Positions 1 through 8,876 of a stretch of 64,000 nucleotides of DNA are shown piece after piece. This DNA is from an uncultured Oscillospiraceae bacterium (GTDB taxonomy: Bacteria; Bacillota; Clostridia; Oscillospirales; Oscillospiraceae). The position numbers and the translations under genes are program-made. The stretch covers positions 24,689-88,688 of the forward strand of contig CAKTMC010000001.1 of NCBI GenBank assembly GCA_934573735.1. The letters are read 5' to 3'. A model generated the notes under the pieces. The model was not told where the DNA came from. It did no database searches and saw only the letters and a list, made by a program, of their open reading frames with translations. How positions within the stretch are numbered: position 1 is the first letter of the stretch; each line of letters begins with the position of its first letter.

Positions 1-211
1 GGCAGTGCATCACGGACAAGCTCTACCAGCAGCAGCTTCAAAAGCCCCTTCGTGCCGTATATGCGGCGAAAATTCGAGAGAGCGGAGTTGCCGTAGCCCA
101 GAGCGCGCAGGTTCTTGTGAAAGACGTAATTCGAGGCGATAACGACGCTGCTCATGCTGCCCGCAGTATAGGCGATGGCGGCGATGAGTATCAGCAGAAC
201 GGTGTATATCA

Positions 212-1537
212 TTATTCCTTCTCGCCTTTCTGCCGGATAACGATGCGTATCGGCGTACCCTCAAGGCCGAAAACGGCGCGTATCTGATTTTCAAGATAGC
301 GCTGATATGAGAAGTGGAAAAGCTCGCGGGAGTTGCAGAATATGACGAAATTCGGCGGGCATATGCCGGTCTGCGTCATGTAGTAAATCTTCAGGCGGCG
401 ACCCTTGTCCGTAGGCGGCTGAACACGCGCCTGCGCGTCCGCAAGGACGTTATTGAGCATACCGGTGGTAATGCGCATATGGCTCTGGTCGTTGACAAAG
501 TTGATAAGCTCAAAGATGCGGTCCGTGCGCTGACCCGTCATGGCGGAGATGAACACTATCGGAGCATAGCTCATAAAGCTCAGGTCGCGCATGATGTCCT
601 TGCGCATCTTCTCCATGGTGCCGGTCTCCTTGTCGATGAGATCCCACTTGTTTACGACGATTATACTCGCCTTGCCCGCTTCATGCGCAAGACCCGCTAT
701 CTTGGTATCCTGCTCGGTCACGCCGTCGCGCGCGTCTATCATGATAAGGCAGACATCCGCGCGCTCGATGGCAAGCTGGGCGCGCATGACGGAGAACTTT
801 TCTATCCTCTCGTCCACCTTCGACTTGCGGCGTATGCCGGCGGTGTCGATAAACATGAACTTGCCCGCTGCGTTTTCAAAGAGCGTGTCCACGGCGTCGC
901 GGGTAGTGCCGGCAACGTTACTGACGATGAGGCGCTTTTCGCCGAGAATACGGTTTATGAGCGAGGACTTGCCGACGTTCGGCTTACCGATGACCGCGAC
1001 CTTGACATAGTCCGGCTCCTCTTCCTCCTCGACCGTCTCCGGGAAGTATTTCAGGCACTCGTCAAGTAAATCTCCGGTGCCGTGACCGTGAACGGCGGAG
1101 ACGGCGATGGGGTCTCCGAGACCGAGAGAATAAAACTCATAGAGCGCCGAATCCTCCGCGCCGGTGGAGTCCGCCTTATTTACGGCAAGCACCACGGGCT
1201 TTCTGGAGCGCAGCAGCATATTCGCAACGTCCTTATCCGCCGCGGTAACGCCGGTACGGATATCGGTGACGAGAACTATGACGTCCGCCGCGTTTATCGC
1301 GATCTGTGCCTGCTCACGCATGAACAGCAGTATCTCGCTGTCGGTCGTCGGCTCGATGCCGCCGGTATCGACTATATCAAATTTTCTGCCGCACCACTCG
1401 CACTCGGCGTAAAGCCTGTCGCGTGTGACACCGGGCGTGTCCTCGACTATAGAAAGACGCTGCCCGACAAGACGGTTAAAAAGCATGGATTTGCCGACAT
1501 TCGGTCTGCCGACTATTGCCACAAGAGGTCTTGACAT
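212..1537 (-). CDS. der: Ribosome-associated GTPase Der (EngA), two tandem GTP-binding domains
   Basis: 441 aa; two G-domains with GRPNVGKS and GKPNVGKSS P-loops, DTGG/DTAG motifs and a KH-like C-terminus. Architecture is diagnostic. Confidence 0.9.
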   Translation of the reverse strand: MSRPLVAIVGRPNVGKSMLFNRLVGQRLSIVEDTPGVTRDRLYAECEWCGRKFDIVDTGGIEPTTDSEILLFMREQAQIAINAADVIVLVTDIRTGVTAADKDVANMLLRSRKPVVLAVNKADSTGAEDSALYEFYSLGLGDPIAVSAVHGHGTGDLLDECLKYFPETVEEEEEPDYVKVAVIGKPNVGKSSLINRILGEKRLIVSNVAGTTRDAVDTLFENAAGKFMFIDTAGIRRKSKVDERIEKFSVMRAQLAIERADVCLIMIDARDGVTEQDTKIAGLAHEAGKASIIVVNKWDLIDKETGTMEKMRKDIMRDLSFMSYAPIVFISAMTGQRTDRIFELINFVNDQSHMRITTGMLNNVLADAQARVQPPTDKGRRLKIYYMTQTGICPPNFVIFCNSRELFHFSYQRYLENQIRAVFGLEGTPIRIVIRQKGEKE

Positions 1538-1615
1538 ATCTTTCCCTCCTCGTTTTATTTATATATTATACTATTATATTTAACTATATTAAATATTAAA
1601 TATTAAATCTTGTTT

Positions 1616-2977
1616 TTAATTCTGATTATACTTGTAATAATCCGTGTCCTCGCCGCGCTCCGGGAGACGCAGCTCCGGCAGCTCGCCCGCCATGGCATCC
1701 CAGAGTGCAAAGCCGTCCTGCTCAATGGGATATATGGGCACGCCAAGCTCGCGCACGGCCTCCTCCAAGGTGATATCGTCAAGAAAATCCATCTCCTGAC
1801 GGCGCAGCATATTCTGCGAAATAAACAGCCGCTCTCCAAGCTCGCGCCCCTTGAGCTGCCTTATAAGATCCTGCCCGGTTATAAGCCCGGTGACATTGAT
1901 GCTGTGTCCGAAAAAGTCGTTGACTATCGCGTAGACCCTGCCCTTTAGCTCCGGATACTTCTCATGCGCGATATCCACAAGCTTTTGAAAATACGGCGCG
2001 GCGGATACGCCGGTCGCTATCGTAAAGGGCACGCCGTCCGGTGCGTCCGAAAGCCTGAGCGCGGAGCGAAACTCCGTCTCAAGCAGGCGCAGCATACCCA
2101 CGCCGTTTTCAAGCTGGGTGTGCTCCTCAAAAAATTCGTCCGGCGGGAACTCGCGCCCTGCCAGAATATAAAACTCGTCCCCGCAGAAGAAGATGCGCGT
2201 GCCGTGCTTTTCAAGGCACCTGTCGCCGAACTCGGTTATCATGTCCAGCGTCTCCGCCGCGTGCTCCTTTGTGAACGGCGTCAGCGGGTACAGCCCCTCG
2301 CGGAACTTCGTAAGCCCGACCGGGACTATGGAAACGCTGTGTACTCCGGGGTACATGGCCTCAAGCTCGCGCATGGTGCGCATAAGCTCCTCCCCGTCAT
2401 TAAGCCCCGGACAGCAGACTATCTGGCAGTTCATCGTGATGCCGGACTCGGCAAAGCGGCGCATGACCTCGATGGTCTCCCCGGCGCGGGGATTGCGCAG
2501 CATCTCACGGCGAAGCTCGGGATTTGTCGTGTGAACGGAGACGTTTATGGGGCTGATGTGCAGGGCGATAATGCGCTCTATCTCGCGCTTTGAAAGATTG
2601 GTGAGCGTGATATAGTTGCCGAGCAGAAAGCTCAGGCGCGCGTCGTCGTCCTTGAAGTACATGGTGCGGCGCATACCCTTCGGGAGCTGGTCTATAAAGC
2701 AAAAGACACAGTTATTCGCGCAGGAGCGCGGCGTGTCCATAAGATAGCTTTCAAACTCAAGCCCCAAATCCCCGCCGACCGTCTTGCGGACGTGTACCTC
2801 TCTCTCGCTGCCGTCGGGACGGCGGAGGACAACGTGCAGCTCGCTGTCATAGGCGAAGAATTTATAGTCGAGCACGTCAAGTATTCTGTTGCCGTTTATG
2901 GATATAACCGCATCGCCCGGGTGCGCCTTGCCGTGCAGGGGGCTGCCCCGGTCAACGGATTTGATAAGATTGTCCAT
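1616..2977 (-). CDS. Radical SAM protein with N-terminal PDZ-like domain (DUF512 family)
   Basis: CxxxCxxC motif (CANNCVFC) in translation. The ORF extends to 3028, but a GGAGGA RBS sits 2 nt before the ATG of MDNLIKSV (start 2977). Conserved position upstream of der. Confidence 0.7.
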   Translation of the reverse strand: MDNLIKSVDRGSPLHGKAHPGDAVISINGNRILDVLDYKFFAYDSELHVVLRRPDGSEREVHVRKTVGGDLGLEFESYLMDTPRSCANNCVFCFIDQLPKGMRRTMYFKDDDARLSFLLGNYITLTNLSKREIERIIALHISPINVSVHTTNPELRREMLRNPRAGETIEVMRRFAESGITMNCQIVCCPGLNDGEELMRTMRELEAMYPGVHSVSIVPVGLTKFREGLYPLTPFTKEHAAETLDMITEFGDRCLEKHGTRIFFCGDEFYILAGREFPPDEFFEEHTQLENGVGMLRLLETEFRSALRLSDAPDGVPFTIATGVSAAPYFQKLVDIAHEKYPELKGRVYAIVNDFFGHSINVTGLITGQDLIRQLKGRELGERLFISQNMLRRQEMDFLDDITLEEAVRELGVPIYPIEQDGFALWDAMAGELPELRLPERGEDTDYYKYNQN

Positions 2978-3066
2978 GTTCCTCCGAAATCGCGCGGCGC
3001 AGCCAAATGCTCTGCTCCGCATACGCAAAAGGAGGAAAGGTGCTACCCTTTCCTCCTCAAGCGTTT

Positions 3067-3255
3067 TTACTTGCTTTCCTCAACATTGATGACGGTACGG
3101 CCCTTGTACTGACCGCAGTGCTTGCAAGCACGGTGAGGCATGCAGAACTCGCCGCAGTTGGGGCACTTGACGATTCCGGGAGCGGTGAGCTTCCAGGTAG
3201 AAGAACGTCTCTTGTCACGTCTCTGTCTCGATACTTTTCCTTTTGGGACTGCCAT
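3067..3255 (-). CDS. rpmF: 50S ribosomal protein L32
   Basis: 62 aa starting [10 protein letters not shown] with a CPNCG...CKHCG zinc ribbon; classical L32 signature. Confidence 0.9.
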   Translation of the reverse strand: MAVPKGKVSRQRRDKRRSSTWKLTAPGIVKCPNCGEFCMPHRACKHCGQYKGRTVINVEESK

Positions 3256-3296
3256 GTTGACACCTCCTGATAACAGCTGTTCTGAGCAGCTCTATT

Positions 3297-3791
3297 TTAG
3301 TCTTTATCCAAAAGCTGCTCAAGCACAGCAAATCTTGGATCAATTTTTTTTCGGCACTCACAGGGGCCGAGGTTAAGGTTTTTGCCGCAGTCGGGACAAA
3401 GACCCTTGCAGTCCTCCTTACAGAGGAACTTGCTGTCCATATCCAGAATGAAGCAGGTGGACAAAATCTCGTCCAGGTCTATTTCGTCACCCTGAAGCAG
3501 AAACAGCTCCGGATCGTCCTCGGCGTTCTCCTCCACGATGGTGGCGTGCAGCTTGGTGCGCTTGGTGCGCTCAAAGTCCGTGCCGCAGCGGTCGCATACA
3601 CAGACCAGCTCCGCCCTGATCTCACCCGTCAGGTTCAAAATCCCGGCCTCGTTATATACGCGCCCGACTGCCGTGGGCTTTGACTTATACTCCTTTATCG
3701 CGGGGAAATCAAGTCTGTCCGTCTCAAGCTCTGTCGCAAAATCGACGGAGCCGCCCGGTATCTCAATTATCTCTCTCAGGTTAAGAAGCAT
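3297..3791 (-). CDS. yceD: YceD/DUF177 family protein (23S rRNA accumulation protein)
   Basis: 164 aa with C-terminal CxxC...CxxC pairs. Lies immediately upstream of rpmF, as in the conserved yceD-rpmF operon. Confidence 0.75.
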   Translation of the reverse strand: MLLNLREIIEIPGGSVDFATELETDRLDFPAIKEYKSKPTAVGRVYNEAGILNLTGEIRAELVCVCDRCGTDFERTKRTKLHATIVEENAEDDPELFLLQGDEIDLDEILSTCFILDMDSKFLCKEDCKGLCPDCGKNLNLGPCECRKKIDPRFAVLEQLLDKD

Positions 3792-3901
3792 AATACACCT
3801 CGCATAGTCGCTTAGATATTATAGATTAACTGACAAGGCTTGTCAACAGAAATTTTCTATAGTATAATAAAAAAACAGAAAAAAAGAAAGGTTTTTACCT
3901 C

Positions 3902-4882
3902 ATGGGTATGAAAGAAATCACAATAAAAGCCAATGACGCCGGTCAGAGGCTCGATCGCTTTGTCGGAAAGGCCGTTCCGCTGCTGCCGGAGTCGCTGCTG
4001 CAAAAGTATATTCGTCTCAAGCGCATCAAGCTAAACGGCAAAGGAGCCAAGCGCGACACGCGGCTCAGTCTCGGCGATACACTCCAATTATACATCAACG
4101 ACGAGTTTTTTGAAAGACCCCGCGAAGAAAATTCTTATCTCAAGGTCGGCACTCCGAGGCTGGATATCGTCTATGAGGACGAGAACATTCTCCTTGTGGA
4201 CAAAAAGCCGGGCGTGCTGTGCCACAGCGCGGGCGTATGGGATTATAACACGCTCATCGCAAACATTCAGGCGTACATGGCGCAGAAGGGCGAGTGGCGG
4301 CCGCGTGAGGAGAATTCCTTTGCCCCCGCGCTATGCAACCGCATCGACCGCAACACCGGCGGCATCGTCATCGCCGCGAAGAACGCCGAGGCGCTGCGCA
4401 TACTCAACGAGAAGATACGCGACCGCGAGATAGAAAAGTATTATCTCTGCGCCGTGCAGGGCAAGCCCAAGCCCGCCTGCGGGCGGCTTGAAAACTATCT
4501 TTTCAAGGACGCGGAGAAAAACAAGGTCTACGTCAAGTCCCGGCCGGAGCCGGGGGCGCGCACGGCGGTGACGGAGTACCGGGTGCTGTGCTCAAAGGGC
4601 GCGCTCTCCCTCGTCGAGTGCCGCCTGCTGACCGGGCGCACGCATCAGATACGCGCTCAGATGGCTCATGCGGGCTGGCCGCTTTTGGGCGACGGGAAGT
4701 ACGGGGTGGAAAAGCTCAACCGCAGCTTCGGCGAAAAGGGTCAGGCGCTCTATTCGTACAGGCTTGAGTTTGCCTTTCCGACCGACGCCGGCTGTCTCGA
4801 ATATCTGCGCGGGCGCGAGTTTCGCGTGAAGAGCGTGGACTTTGCGGAGAAATACTTCGGCGTGAGCAAGCTGGAATTCTAA
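3902..4882 (+). CDS. RluA-family 23S rRNA/tRNA pseudouridine synthase (RluC/RluD-like) with S4 domain
   Basis: N-terminal S4-like RNA-binding region, catalytic HRLD-like block (NRIDRNTGG), C-terminal TGRTHQIR motif. Confidence 0.8.
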   Translation: MGMKEITIKANDAGQRLDRFVGKAVPLLPESLLQKYIRLKRIKLNGKGAKRDTRLSLGDTLQLYINDEFFERPREENSYLKVGTPRLDIVYEDENILLVDKKPGVLCHSAGVWDYNTLIANIQAYMAQKGEWRPREENSFAPALCNRIDRNTGGIVIAAKNAEALRILNEKIRDREIEKYYLCAVQGKPKPACGRLENYLFKDAEKNKVYVKSRPEPGARTAVTEYRVLCSKGALSLVECRLLTGRTHQIRAQMAHAGWPLLGDGKYGVEKLNRSFGEKGQALYSYRLEFAFPTDAGCLEYLRGREFRVKSVDFAEKYFGVSKLEF

Positions 4883-4913
4883 TTTTTATTATAAAATATT
4901 ACGGAGAAAAAAT

Positions 4914-6521
4914 ATGCTTAGTGTAAACGATTTATCCATGCAGTTCGGCTCGTCCGTCCTGTTCTCCCGCGTTGACCTGCAATTCACCGCCGGCAACTGC
5001 TACGGCATCATCGGCGCGAACGGCGCGGGCAAATCCACCTTTATCAAAATTCTTTCCGGTGAGCTGGAGCCTACCTCGGGCAGCGTCGTGCTCGACCCGA
5101 AGCGCCGCATGTCCGTCCTCAAGCAGAACCAGAGTCTCTTTGACGACTACACCGTGCTCGACACGGTCATCATCGGCAACCAGCGTCTCTACGACTGCGG
5201 CAAGGAGAAGGACGCGATATACGAGAAGGAGGACTTCACCGACGAGGACGGTATTCGCGCCGCAGAGCTTGAGGAGGAGTTCGCGGAGCTCGGCGGCTGG
5301 GAGGCGGAGTCCGATGCGGGGCGTATTCTTCAGGGACTCGGCGTGGACGTGAGCCTGCACGAGAGCCTTATGCGCGACGTTGACCCGCGCCTCAAGGTGA
5401 AGGTCTTGCTTGCGCAGGCGCTGTTCGGGCATCCGGACGTCATACTGCTTGACGAGCCTACGAATAACCTTGACCTTGCAAGCGTCGTCTGGCTTGAGGA
5501 CTTTTTGATGGATTACGAGGGCACCGTCCTTGTCGTCAGCCATGACCGCTACTTCCTCAATAACGTCTGCACTCATATCGTGGATATCGACTACGGCAAG
5601 ATAAAGATGTATATCGGTAACTACGACTTCTGGTATGAGTCCAGCCAGCTCATCCAAAAGCTCATAAAGGACCAGAACAAAAAGGCGGAGCAGAAAATTC
5701 AGGAGCTTCAGACCTTTATCGCCCGCTTCTCCGCAAACAAGTCGAAGTCGCGTCAGGCGACCTCGCGCCGTAAGCTGCTGGATAAGATAAGCGTCGAGGA
5801 GCTGCCCGCCTCAAACCGCCGCTACCCCTGGGTGGGCTTCAAGGCCGAGCGTGAGCCGGGCAAGGATCGCCTCTTTGTCACCGAGGTCAGCAAGACCGTG
5901 GACGGCGTAAAGCTTTTGGATAACGTGAGCTTCATCGTCGGCAAGGAGGATAAAATAGCCCTTGTCGGCAAAAACGAGCTTGCGGTCACGATGCTGTATA
6001 AGATACTCATGGGCGAGGAGGAGCCGGACAGCGGCAGCGTCAAGTGGGGCGCGTCCATCAGCCCGGCATACTTCCCCAAGGACAACGGCGCGTATTTTGA
6101 CGGCTGCGAGCTTGACCTCATCGACTGGATGCGCCAGTTCTCGGAGGATAAGCGCGAGAGCTATCTGCGCACCTTCCTCGGACGTATGCTCTTCTCGGGC
6201 GACGACGTGTATAAGACCGTCAAGGTGCTCTCCGGCGGCGAAAAGGTGCGCTGTATGCTCAGCCGTATGATGCTCTCGGGCGCAAACTTCCTGCTTTTCG
6301 ACCAGCCGACGAACCATCTCGACCTTGAGAGCATCGCCGCGCTGAATAACGGCATGGAGGCCTTTAAGTATAATATTATTTTCTCTTGCCACGACCATCA
6401 GCTCACCCAGACCGTCGCAAACCGCATAATCGAGGTCACCGATACCGGCATAATCGACCGTATGTGCAGCTACGACGAGTATATGAACATAAGCGATTTG
6501 GAGTCGGGGATAAGAGAATAA
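4914..6521 (+). CDS. ABC-F family ATPase (tandem ABC domains, no TMD), housekeeping type with short interdomain linker
   Basis: 535 aa; two Walker A motifs (GANGAGKST; GKNELAVT degenerate second site), two LSGGE signature motifs, short (~45 aa) basic linker. The short linker is unlike the long ARE-type linkers of antibiotic-resistance ABC-F proteins. Confidence 0.8.
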   Translation: MLSVNDLSMQFGSSVLFSRVDLQFTAGNCYGIIGANGAGKSTFIKILSGELEPTSGSVVLDPKRRMSVLKQNQSLFDDYTVLDTVIIGNQRLYDCGKEKDAIYEKEDFTDEDGIRAAELEEEFAELGGWEAESDAGRILQGLGVDVSLHESLMRDVDPRLKVKVLLAQALFGHPDVILLDEPTNNLDLASVVWLEDFLMDYEGTVLVVSHDRYFLNNVCTHIVDIDYGKIKMYIGNYDFWYESSQLIQKLIKDQNKKAEQKIQELQTFIARFSANKSKSRQATSRRKLLDKISVEELPASNRRYPWVGFKAEREPGKDRLFVTEVSKTVDGVKLLDNVSFIVGKEDKIALVGKNELAVTMLYKILMGEEEPDSGSVKWGASISPAYFPKDNGAYFDGCELDLIDWMRQFSEDKRESYLRTFLGRMLFSGDDVYKTVKVLSGGEKVRCMLSRMMLSGANFLLFDQPTNHLDLESIAALNNGMEAFKYNIIFSCHDHQLTQTVANRIIEVTDTGIIDRMCSYDEYMNISDLESGIRE

Positions 6522-6540
6522 AATAAGAGGAGGAAATAAA

Positions 6541-6909
6541 ATGACCGAAAACGATCTCAAGCTGCTGGACTTTCACATTACGGACATCACCTGCCACGTC
6601 AACACCGGCGTGAGCGAGGAGCTGCCAATGTCCATCAAGAGCAGCGTCAGTGCGCGTATGCCCGAGGAATTTGACGGCAGCCTCTATATCTATCTCAAGA
6701 CGACCATCACCGGGCAGGACGAGTCGCTGTTTTTGCTGGACGTGCTGACAGAGACCATCGTGCAGCTTCCCGAGGGTAAGACGACGCTTGACGAGGAGGA
6801 CGCGCCGCCCTGCATAAGCTTTGCCCGCCGCCGCAGCTATAAGGCGATACTTGAGCTGAGTCAGAGCATGGGCATCGCCCCCCTCGACCTTGAAAAGACG
6901 ATAGAGTAA
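6541..6909 (+). CDS. Hypothetical small acidic protein, SecB-like/YbjN-like chaperone fold suspected
   Basis: 122 aa; the order of hydrophobic beta-like blocks and an acidic C-terminus parallels SecB. Pattern match by eye only. RBS AGGAGG at 6527-6532. Confidence 0.35.
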   Translation: MTENDLKLLDFHITDITCHVNTGVSEELPMSIKSSVSARMPEEFDGSLYIYLKTTITGQDESLFLLDVLTETIVQLPEGKTTLDEEDAPPCISFARRRSYKAILELSQSMGIAPLDLEKTIE

Positions 6910-7055
6910 AACGGGGAATAAACAATGCGGCGATTTCGGCAATGCCGCGGAGCACTGCCCCTGTCAGGGGAAGTTGCGCTATGCGCCGATCTATACGTTT
7001 TCATCATTACACATACCAAAAAGCTACCGCGGCAGGATGCACTGCCGCGGCGTTT

Positions 7056-7421
7056 TTATTCTCTTGTCGGTATTATTTCAAGCCAATAGCCGTCGGGGTC
7101 CTCGATGAAGTATATGCCCATGGCGGGGTTTTCGTAGCATATGCAGCCCATTTTCTCATGCAGCGCATGGGCGGCGGCATAATCGTCGGTGCGGAAGGCA
7201 AGATGAAATTCGCCCTCCCCAAGCTCATAGCTCTGCGGATGCTCACGCAGCCACGTCAGCTCCAGCTCGAAATCGCCGGACTCGTCTTGCATATAGACTA
7301 TCGTGAAGTCCTCCGTCTCCTTGCGGCGACCCTCACGCAGACCCAGTGCCTCGCGGTAAAAGCTCATGGAGCGCTCAAGGTCCGCGACGTTATAGTTTTC
7401 GTGTACCATCTTAAATTTCAT
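7056..7421 (-). CDS. VOC/glyoxalase-bleomycin resistance family protein
   Basis: 121 aa, HxxxE...E metal-ligand pattern typical of glyoxalase I/VOC fold (MKFKMVHENYNVADLERSMSFY..., C-terminal WLEI). Confidence 0.7.
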   Translation of the reverse strand: MKFKMVHENYNVADLERSMSFYREALGLREGRRKETEDFTIVYMQDESGDFELELTWLREHPQSYELGEGEFHLAFRTDDYAAAHALHEKMGCICYENPAMGIYFIEDPDGYWLEIIPTRE

Positions 7422-7442
7422 GACGTTCCTCCGTTCGGTATT

Positions 7443-8441
7443 TTATATTCCGCAAATCGGCGCGTCGAGCGGCTGCTCCATAAAGCTCTGAAGCTCCTCC
7501 GCAAACTCCGCGCTTATCACCGATAGCCTTCCCTTATCCAGTACAAGCGGGTCGATGCTCCTCTTTTTTGCCGGTATCACGCGGCTGTCTGCGTTACCGG
7601 CGAGTATTTCATCACGGCTTAGCATCCTGTGCAGCGCACAATAGCGCTCCCACTCGGCGCATAGCTCCGCATCCGAGCGCAGCCGCGCTATGACCGCGTC
7701 CTCCGTGCCGTAAAGCTCCTCCATGCTGACCACTCCCCTGCCGACCGCCTTTTTCAGCAGCTCCGACAGGCGCTGCATCGCGTATCTGTCCTCCGGCGCG
7801 ACGTATATCCGCGACATCTCAAGCGCATCCCACCCAAAGGCAAGCGCCGTGTCCGCCGTCTTGAACGCAAGCTCCGGCGCACCGTCCTCAGCGGTGGCTA
7901 CGCAGATATCGTCATAATATGCCTGTAGGCACGCCGCCTCCCGCCGCGCAAAGCCCGAGAGATTTCCAAGCGTGTATTCCAGCCTGTCCGCCGAGAGACG
8001 CGGGCTGTCATTGTCGGCAATGGGATATATATGATAGTCGCTGACGGCGCTTAACGGTATGCCGTATTCCCCGAGCAGCGCCGAAAGCTCCGGCGAGTCT
8101 GCTATAATGCTCTCCGTGCGCCCCTCGGTGTACTCCTGACGCAGATAGTCCCCGTGCATAAAATCGACCGTATGCGCAAAGACCGGCGTTGCGATATCGT
8201 GAAAGAGCGCGGCAAGCGCCTGCTCCATGCTGCCTGTAAAGTGCCATGTGATAAGCCCCGCTCCGGCGCTGTGCCGATAGCGCGAATACGGCGGCAGACG
8301 GCGAAAGCGCGGGAAGCTCGTATATTCGCAGCCGCAATTCATGCCCACGCGCCGTATGCGCTGCATCGGAGGCGCTGCACAGAAGCGAGTAAACCACTCA
8401 GGCATTTGAGCGTGATATATAACTGCGCTTTTCTCGCACAT
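7443..8441 (-). CDS. HD-domain metal-dependent phosphohydrolase
   Basis: LFHDIATP H-D motif with downstream His residues. True start may lie downstream of the ORF start. Confidence 0.55.
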   Translation of the reverse strand: MCEKSAVIYHAQMPEWFTRFCAAPPMQRIRRVGMNCGCEYTSFPRFRRLPPYSRYRHSAGAGLITWHFTGSMEQALAALFHDIATPVFAHTVDFMHGDYLRQEYTEGRTESIIADSPELSALLGEYGIPLSAVSDYHIYPIADNDSPRLSADRLEYTLGNLSGFARREAACLQAYYDDICVATAEDGAPELAFKTADTALAFGWDALEMSRIYVAPEDRYAMQRLSELLKKAVGRGVVSMEELYGTEDAVIARLRSDAELCAEWERYCALHRMLSRDEILAGNADSRVIPAKKRSIDPLVLDKGRLSVISAEFAEELQSFMEQPLDAPICGI

Positions 8442-8524
8442 ATTGCTCTCCTTGTAACATAATTATATTTTGCTCAAAATCACGAAAACCGCCCGGAAAA
8501 GGCGGTTTTTGTGTTTTGTAAAGA

Positions 8525-8767
8525 TTATTTTGCCAGATAATTCTTCAGAAGCTCCTGAAGCAGCTCGTCCCTGTCAATGCGGCAGATAAGCGTGCGGGCA
8601 TTGTTATAGTTGGTAATATAGGTCGGGTCCTCCGAAAGTATGTACCCCACGATCTGGTTTATCGGGTTATAGCCCTTGACCATGAGGGAATTATACACGG
8701 ACGACAAAATCTCCTTCATCTCGGCCTTGCTGTCCAGCGCTGTGAATTTCCTTGTTGCATCCTCCAT
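8525..8767 (-). CDS. ireB: IreB-family regulatory phosphoprotein (UPF0297)
   Basis: 80 aa; [21 protein letters not shown] block is the family signature. Extended -10 promoter (TGcTATAAT) just upstream on the minus strand at about 8800-8835. Confidence 0.75.
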   Translation of the reverse strand: MEDATRKFTALDSKAEMKEILSSVYNSLMVKGYNPINQIVGYILSEDPTYITNYNNARTLICRIDRDELLQELLKNYLAK

Positions 8768-8876
8768 GATGCCCCTCCTTTTCAGCTTTTTCTTAGCTAT
8801 ATTATAGCATATACATTTGTCAAGTAAAGTCGAAAAAACTAAACAAAAGGTTAATTTTTCTTAAGAGCGGATTAAT

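Noticed and set aside
6942-7526. 194-aa plus-strand ORF across the VOC gene and intergenic region
   Set aside because: Antisense to a well-motifed VOC-family gene; no RBS.
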